From IMG/VR virus record IMGVR_UViG_3300021961_000097, positions 1 through 60,876 of that record: DNA of 60,876 nt, one strand, 5' to 3'. This stretch comes from a virus. Its lineage: Duplodnaviria; Caudoviricetes. The notes beneath the pieces were generated by a model. That model searched no databases, had not been told where the DNA came from, and was given only the letters and a program-made list of their open reading frames with translations. The translations under genes and the position numbers were made by a program. Below are positions 55,381 to 60,876 of this stretch, piece by piece; positions within the stretch are counted from its first letter, which is position 1, and every line of letters starts with the position of its first letter.

Positions 55381-55626
55381 ATGAGAATCATGGAATACAT
55401 ATCTTGGGACAAGCGCCCCGCTGTTCTCTGCGCTATCGAAGCACCTACGCACCCAGAAGGTGAGTACGTCGAAGCCTACTTCATATCCTCCACTTCGCCA
55501 ACCTGGCAAAAAGCCATCCCGGTTCAATTCGTAGATATCCTACGGGAAGGCCAGGTTCTGGAGCAGGCGGACTTTGAGGAAATGTTCGGCATCATAGGCG
55601 ATACGCTCCCGGAACTTCCGGTTTAA
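55381..55626 (+). CDS. 81-aa acidic protein, only plus-strand gene; candidate immunity/antitoxin
   Basis: Own promoter and RBS; fills the gap between giant gene and portal; stop codons overlap at 55623-55626. Confidence 0.8.
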   Translation: MRIMEYISWDKRPAVLCAIEAPTHPEGEYVEAYFISSTSPTWQKAIPVQFVDILREGQVLEQADFEEMFGIIGDTLPELPV

Positions 55627-58600
55627 ATATACCGCCTGTCATTCTGAACCCTCTCGACGTTGCCGCCACGCTTGAAGTATTTAGGGGGAGGGCCGGGATC
55701 AATCAAATGCTCTGGGCTTTCAATGGGTCGCGTCTTTGGTTTCTTGGCTAATACTAACGGACCTATTTGAATAACCTGTTCTGCGTCAGCCACTGGCATG
55801 CCATCTGACTTACGATAGAAATAGCTATGCCTAAACGGATTCATGCCGACTTCTACCCAGTCGTCTGCGTCAGGCGCAGTGCCGTCTAGGATACTTTTAG
55901 CCATCTGCTCTACTTCTGCCGGGTCCATGTTTTTCCATGCACCCTGCATTCGAGCAATAGTTCCCTTGGAACTTTTCCCGGTCGCCATGTTTAATGCCGC
56001 TTTAGCATTGGATGTAAAGGCCACATTATCTAGTATGGCTGTTGGTCCATACGCCAAGGCGTTGCCACTCTTAGTGGTGCCATCATGAAGTGTAACGACC
56101 CAAGTGTCATTTCTTTCATACGCAGGGATGTCTAGTCGAGAAGAGATCATTGTGCCGTCTGGAATATCTATGTTGATGCCCACTATGCCAGCAGACCTCA
56201 TTTCATTTTTGTCTAGCGCAAGGGCGATGGTTTCGGCTGTTGCCATTTTAGGGACTTTGCCTATAGGAGTAATAGGCATCTTGTCTTCAACTACTTTGTT
56301 ATATTCTTGAGTAGTTATCTCGCCGTTTTGGAGTTTTTTTGCCGCGTCTTGAACTTCAGGCAATGGCTTCTGCTTAACGCCTTTGTGGGTTTTTTGGTAG
56401 GAATCTACCTGTTCTTTGGTGATGCCTAGCTTTTGTCTGGCGTCACCAAGGTTACCGCCAAACTGCTCAAAAGTTATTTTGCCTTTTTTGCCTGTTCCGG
56501 CGTTGGCGACTGGGCCTGTTGTGGCATCTCCTCCATCGACAGTGGAGTCGGTATCTTTGATAATCCCCTTAACGCCTGATTGAAGCGTTCCATCGGGGTT
56601 AATGTCTTCAAATTGTCTTGCTGTTTCATCTAATTTTCTCCTGTCTACTCCAGGCAACGTATACCAGGGAGTGTCTGTTGCACTGGTTACTTTAAATCCT
56701 TTCGGTACTACTTTATTTTTTGGCTTTTTAATAAAAGCCTCAAACTCTTTTTGTCTTTGAGGACTCATTCTAACAATTGATCCATCAGATAATGGATACT
56801 CGTAATAGGTCCCCTCTTTCCCGCGCCTATACGTTGCACCAGAAGAGAATGTCCTTCTCTTGCCTTCGGTAACACCTGCACCTAGCGGATCGCCGCTCTT
56901 AACTGATTTTAGGGTGCTGTGGGATACAGGTTGATTACCGGACACTAGCCAGGTTTCCCAGTGCATGCGGCCCAGGCTGGCGTCTTGCGGACGGCCTATT
57001 ATGTCATAGGCTTCTTTAGTAGCATCTTGAAGTCCGTTCTCCAACATTTCTGTAACCAGGAGACCGCGAGGACCAATAAGGATTCCAGATAGTCCGCGTT
57101 TTTTTATTCCATCATAAATATTGGCGCCGCCAAAACGACCGTCGTCCCAAAGATTTCTTGATTGAATTCTATCCATAACAAGCAGATCATCCTTTCCAGC
57201 CACAAGCCCCAGGAATGAAATAACCTTGTTATCTATTCCTGGTTTATTTGTTACTTCGTAGAACGACCTGCGGAAATCTTTCCCTGTCTTAGTTGGGTCA
57301 GCAAGTAAATTATGCAGGGTTACCAGTCCGCTACTTCCGTTTTGGCCTTTTTCACTTAGCTGACGCAATAGATTACCGGCGGCGTTTGCGTTCATGGTAA
57401 CCTGCTTGCCTGGGGAACCTTCTGGCAAGCTATTAGCAACCATTTGTTCCCAGGCCGGCATATCGGCCTCGGTCAATGTGCCTTTCACCGCCTTATCAAT
57501 AAATGGCGTTGCTTCGTCCAACAAATCAATAAATGCGCCTTCCTGCTGGAAAGGACCGGCTCCCCTCGAGAGAACGCCCCACAGGAACAGCCTGCCTGTC
57601 ATATCCGGTGTGGCCTGTCCGCTGTTATATACATTTTTAATCTCTGAAACGTATCCAAAGCCCTCGTCTGCGCTGGCCTTCATGTCTGGGCTTAGTTGCT
57701 TTAGCTTTTCTGCCAACATTCTTGGGTCGTTGGCGTACTCAATCGCCCTGAATGGAGGCGCCGGCACATAATCCCCGCCAAACACATTCTTTTCAAAATC
57801 AACCCAACTCTGGGCAGATTTCATAGCATTAGGGTAGGCTTGGATAGCCTCGTTTATGTTTGCCATGACCGCCGCTCTATTGGCTGGCGTAAAAGTTTGA
57901 ATCACGGGGATAAGCGGTTTATTACCTCCGCCAAAAACCAAAAGTTCCCTGGGTAACGCGTGCCCGACCGCGCCCTTTGGCGCCGCTTTTATTTCTATCT
58001 CGCCCAGCATCCGAGCAGAACCGGAGACTGGCTCATATCCTATTTCTCTCAGTATTGCTGGATCGGCCTGGTCTGCCGCTTGGTTATAAAGTCTAAGCTG
58101 GTCTGCTTTGGCTTGCCTGTATCTAAGCACTTCGCTTGGGGGCATCCGTTGCTCTATGTTTTCCATTCCATAAAGTTTTTCAAAGTTTCTTTCCAATTCG
58201 TATAGTTCATGGCCTCCGCCAGGCATGTCCTTCGTCCTTGAAATTTCTGGCGTCATAATCTGTAATTCGCCCAAAACTTTTTCGCCATTCTGTCCGACGT
58301 ATTGAATAGCAACCTTGCGGTCAAAGTAGCCGTTGCCTGGAATCCTGTTCCAACCCTCGTCGATTATCGCCAGGTCTTTTGAAAGCATAGATACGATCTG
58401 ATCCGCCTGCTCATTCGTATTAACCAGCATAGTTCCGCGAATAGAGTCCGGTATCTCCCCTGGCAGTAGGCTCTTGCGGACTAACTTGTCACTAATGCTC
58501 TTCAGCTTCTTGACCGGGCCGGCCTTGTACTCAACCCCAACGTCCGTTGCAATGCTCATCAATAAATTCTGAAACTCTGGATCAACGGTATTGGCAAGCT

Positions 58601-60572
58601 GGACCAGTTGTTCTGCGCTACCAATATCAGCTTGGTGACGTTTAAAGTCCGTTTCAAGTTGAGGAATGTCTGCCTGCGATATGTCTCTGACTCGTGTTAT
58701 ATTGCCGGGCTTGAATGTAAACTTTGCCGCCTTACTAGCCTGTTTTCCGGGGACGCCGGGGATAATGCCTGACATAGATAATGCCGACATTTCCCTGTAC
58801 ATTTTAGCCGCCTCAAAATCACCAGCGGCTTCTGCCTCAATAGCCATTTGGGCCAGATTGGATGCGTCTTTAACTGCGCGATACTGCGATATACCAGGCG
58901 TCATATCTAACATAAAACCTACCGGGTCTTCCTTGGCCCCTTCGTACATTGCTTTCCCAACAGTGGTTACGTCTTGACTGAATGTCTTCAGCGGCTCATC
59001 GCCCTGTATGGTTTCTGTCGCGTAGTCAGCTACTGTGCCTGGAATCTCAGCAAGACCTCGTAACATGGCCTGGGCTTGATTGCGCTTATCGTCTTTAACA
59101 ATGGTTGCTGGGCTATCCCAAATGGGGCTTTGGCCCTGCTTCTCTGTCAGATAACGCGCTTGGCGCTCTCCGCCGCTGGTCAGCCAGGAAAGGAACTGGC
59201 TGGCAGGTGACTGGCGCTGAGACCAATCTACCGTGCCTTCCTCGGTCAGAGGATAGTCAGCGGTAACAGGCATCCCAGAGTCCAACCGATTAAGCATTTG
59301 GGCGCTTTCGGTTTCTGGGGTAGCCGGTTCTTCAGCTACCCCTTCAGTTTTTTTTACGGGGCCACCTTCGGCAAACATATATGCGCCGCCTAGCGTGATG
59401 TCCTTTGGCGTTACGGGACCGCCTGCAATGCGTGTATCCGCCTGTTCGTACCTCGGCATTCCGGTCACCGGGTCAATGGTGTAGTAGTTGTAAGTGCCGT
59501 AATTTTGCGCACCTGCTGGCTGATTTCCAGCAGGTGATGCTGGCGGGTTTACAGGGGACCCGCCTGCATTCGAGGGAGTAGAAGTGTTCCACTCGCTAAA
59601 TGCTGACTTAAACGCCTCCTTATTTAACGTGTTACCGGGTCCTTGGAAGTCATTAGCACGAAGCCGATTGCGCCAGTAATTGTACTCAGCGAAATTGTAG
59701 GGCCTGTTTGACTCTCTAAAGGCATTCATCAACGCCCTGTCTTGGTCTGCGCGGTTCTGCGCATATACCTGAGAATAAGATGGCCGATAACCTCCATAAG
59801 GAGAACCCGTGCCTACATCAAGCAACTGCCTTGGCCTGCTGGTCACCACCGGCGGGGTCCAACTCAGGCCAGAGCCTGTAGCAGGAGTCAGACGCGCCGC
59901 CGGGGTGTACCTATATCCTGTGGGTGAACCCGTCAGCGGGTCAAACTCTTCTGTGCCGGGAATACGTTTCCTGACCGGAGATTCACGGAATGCCGTATCA
60001 AGTCCCGGCGTTGCCGGATTGATCGGACCGGGTTGGTAGACTGTGGAATCAGTTAGCGGACCTTTAGGCGTCGTGGCTGTCTGCACATCAAACAAGATGC
60101 TCGGGTCAATCCCGGCGTTCATCATGTCTTGGAACGTCACGCCGTATTGTGTCGCCGCTCTCTGCAACCGACGGCGCTCTTCCGGGTCAATGCCGCCCTG
60201 CTGTAACTTGTTCACCAGCGCAGTTCCACGGGCAATCGCCGCCTCACGCTCCTGCGCCGTCAGGTCAGCCAATGAAGATTTTGCCGTGGTAGGCGCAGTG
60301 AACTGCTCAACGGGGATTGGCGCTTGGGCCGTGAACACCTGATCAATAGTCGATTGCTTTACGCCTGCATCCAACATGTCCTGAACAGAGACCCCTGATT
60401 CAAGCATCTGGTTATACAGTTGCGCTCCAGTGCGCTTTTCAGGATTCGCTAGGAATTTTTGTTCGGCGGCAAGGATTCTCTGCTTCTGCTTTTCGCTGAT
60501 GCTTCCGCCTTTAGCCATTTGAATAGGAAGGCTGGCTAACATTTCACGGGCTGACATTGCCATGGTGTTCAC
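55623..60572 (-). CDS. Large polyvalent virion-associated protein with RelA/SpoT-like nucleotidyltransferase and HhH-GPD-like domains
   Basis: Between TerL and portal; KKLKSISDK..IPDSIRG..NGYFD..GELQIMT..GHELYE; PGIDNKVISF..G.DDLLVMDR; RLDIPAY..GMNPFRHSYFY. Confidence 0.8.
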   Translation of the reverse strand: MNTMAMSAREMLASLPIQMAKGGSISEKQKQRILAAEQKFLANPEKRTGAQLYNQMLESGVSVQDMLDAGVKQSTIDQVFTAQAPIPVEQFTAPTTAKSSLADLTAQEREAAIARGTALVNKLQQGGIDPEERRRLQRAATQYGVTFQDMMNAGIDPSILFDVQTATTPKGPLTDSTVYQPGPINPATPGLDTAFRESPVRKRIPGTEEFDPLTGSPTGYRYTPAARLTPATGSGLSWTPPVVTSRPRQLLDVGTGSPYGGYRPSYSQVYAQNRADQDRALMNAFRESNRPYNFAEYNYWRNRLRANDFQGPGNTLNKEAFKSAFSEWNTSTPSNAGGSPVNPPASPAGNQPAGAQNYGTYNYYTIDPVTGMPRYEQADTRIAGGPVTPKDITLGGAYMFAEGGPVKKTEGVAEEPATPETESAQMLNRLDSGMPVTADYPLTEEGTVDWSQRQSPASQFLSWLTSGGERQARYLTEKQGQSPIWDSPATIVKDDKRNQAQAMLRGLAEIPGTVADYATETIQGDEPLKTFSQDVTTVGKAMYEGAKEDPVGFMLDMTPGISQYRAVKDASNLAQMAIEAEAAGDFEAAKMYREMSALSMSGIIPGVPGKQASKAAKFTFKPGNITRVRDISQADIPQLETDFKRHQADIGSAEQLVQLANTVDPEFQNLLMSIATDVGVEYKAGPVKKLKSISDKLVRKSLLPGEIPDSIRGTMLVNTNEQADQIVSMLSKDLAIIDEGWNRIPGNGYFDRKVAIQYVGQNGEKVLGELQIMTPEISRTKDMPGGGHELYELERNFEKLYGMENIEQRMPPSEVLRYRQAKADQLRLYNQAADQADPAILREIGYEPVSGSARMLGEIEIKAAPKGAVGHALPRELLVFGGGNKPLIPVIQTFTPANRAAVMANINEAIQAYPNAMKSAQSWVDFEKNVFGGDYVPAPPFRAIEYANDPRMLAEKLKQLSPDMKASADEGFGYVSEIKNVYNSGQATPDMTGRLFLWGVLSRGAGPFQQEGAFIDLLDEATPFIDKAVKGTLTEADMPAWEQMVANSLPEGSPGKQVTMNANAAGNLLRQLSEKGQNGSSGLVTLHNLLADPTKTGKDFRRSFYEVTNKPGIDNKVISFLGLVAGKDDLLVMDRIQSRNLWDDGRFGGANIYDGIKKRGLSGILIGPRGLLVTEMLENGLQDATKEAYDIIGRPQDASLGRMHWETWLVSGNQPVSHSTLKSVKSGDPLGAGVTEGKRRTFSSGATYRRGKEGTYYEYPLSDGSIVRMSPQRQKEFEAFIKKPKNKVVPKGFKVTSATDTPWYTLPGVDRRKLDETARQFEDINPDGTLQSGVKGIIKDTDSTVDGGDATTGPVANAGTGKKGKITFEQFGGNLGDARQKLGITKEQVDSYQKTHKGVKQKPLPEVQDAAKKLQNGEITTQEYNKVVEDKMPITPIGKVPKMATAETIALALDKNEMRSAGIVGINIDIPDGTMISSRLDIPAYERNDTWVVTLHDGTTKSGNALAYGPTAILDNVAFTSNAKAALNMATGKSSKGTIARMQGAWKNMDPAEVEQMAKSILDGTAPDADDWVEVGMNPFRHSYFYRKSDGMPVADAEQVIQIGPLVLAKKPKTRPIESPEHLIDPGPPPKYFKRGGNVERVQNDRRYI

Positions 60573-60604
60573 CCTACAGGATAGTAATTCCTCGCATTGT
60601 AAGG

Positions 60605-60876
60605 TTAATAATACTCGGGGACAACTCCAGCGTGATCAGTCGGTTCATCAATCTCGTCCGATCCAAGCGCGATGAAATTGCCTGCTCGGAATCTCATGAG
60701 TGCCTGCGTCGTGCTATCGACCAGGTCGTCGTTGTCGCCATTGGGGAACGCCGCGCATTCCTCGATCACTTCATCCGCCCAGTCAGTGTCCGGTGCCCAC
60801 ACCATACCCGACTCGAGTATCGGCGCAACGGCATTGGCCCTCGAGACCTTGTCCTGGCCAGCACGACGACCGCCAG
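60605..60876 (-). CDS. terL: Terminase large subunit, C-terminal end
   Basis: EECAAFPNGDNDDLVDSTTQAL; in frame with 1-1365. Confidence 0.95.
   Translation of the reverse strand, partial: GGRRAGQDKVSRANAVAPILESGMVWAPDTDWADEVIEECAAFPNGDNDDLVDSTTQALMRFRAGNFIALGSDEIDEPTDHAGVVPEYY
60719..60876. repeat. Terminal overlap with 1-158
   Basis: See 1-158. Confidence 0.97.

Noticed and set aside
14-60342. The many plus-strand ORFs in the track other than 55381-55626
   Set aside because: They lie antisense to well-supported minus-strand genes or in signal regions, and show no recognisable motifs or RBS.
60605-60805. Separate 66-aa gene from the ORF track
   Set aside because: It is the C-terminus of TerL split by the contig end.
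60719-60876. Biological direct terminal repeat
   Set aside because: It falls inside terL and carries synonymous-position differences; best read as assembly overlap.
1-60876. Stop-codon recoding or programmed frameshift
   Set aside because: Genes tile densely under the standard code and end in all three stop codons; no split core gene other than at the contig end.

Overview
The window is an apparently complete, circularly permuted ~60.7 kb tailed dsDNA phage genome with podovirus-like virion genes. Positions 1-158 overlap 60719-60876 and the large terminase gene spans that junction. All credible genes but one lie on the minus strand. Order along the minus strand: TerL, a 1649-aa multidomain virion-type protein, portal, GroES-like protein, scaffold, major capsid, adaptor/tail genes, an AT-rich island of tailoring enzymes (four 2OG-Fe(II) oxygenases, a flavin-dependent halogenase) around a Gly-rich fibre, lysis genes, nozzle, four ejection-type proteins, early island A, replication module (SNF2 helicase, exonuclease, AEP primase, SF1 helicase, PolA), early island B, SleB hydrolase, sulfotransferase, an ori-like repeat region, TerS and a VRR-NUC nuclease. 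I saw no integrase, repressor, tRNA or CRISPR array. The gene set resembles, from recall only, widespread aquatic phages of the uvMED / HTVC023P-like type; a proteobacterial host is inferred. Main candidates for a new system: (1) the giant protein carries a RelA/SpoT-type synthetase (toxSAS-like) domain and an HhH-GPD glycosylase-like domain, is abutted tail-to-tail by the only plus-strand gene (own early-type promoter, candidate immunity protein), and the genome separately encodes an early Mesh1-like alarmone hydrolase; (2) two arrays of small genes, many carrying their own copy of a ~90-bp promoter+RBS repeat; (3) a candidate virion-tailoring enzyme island; (4) a shared [F/M/Y]xxGG peptide tag on internal virion proteins. 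All family calls are by-eye motif recognition; no searches were run.
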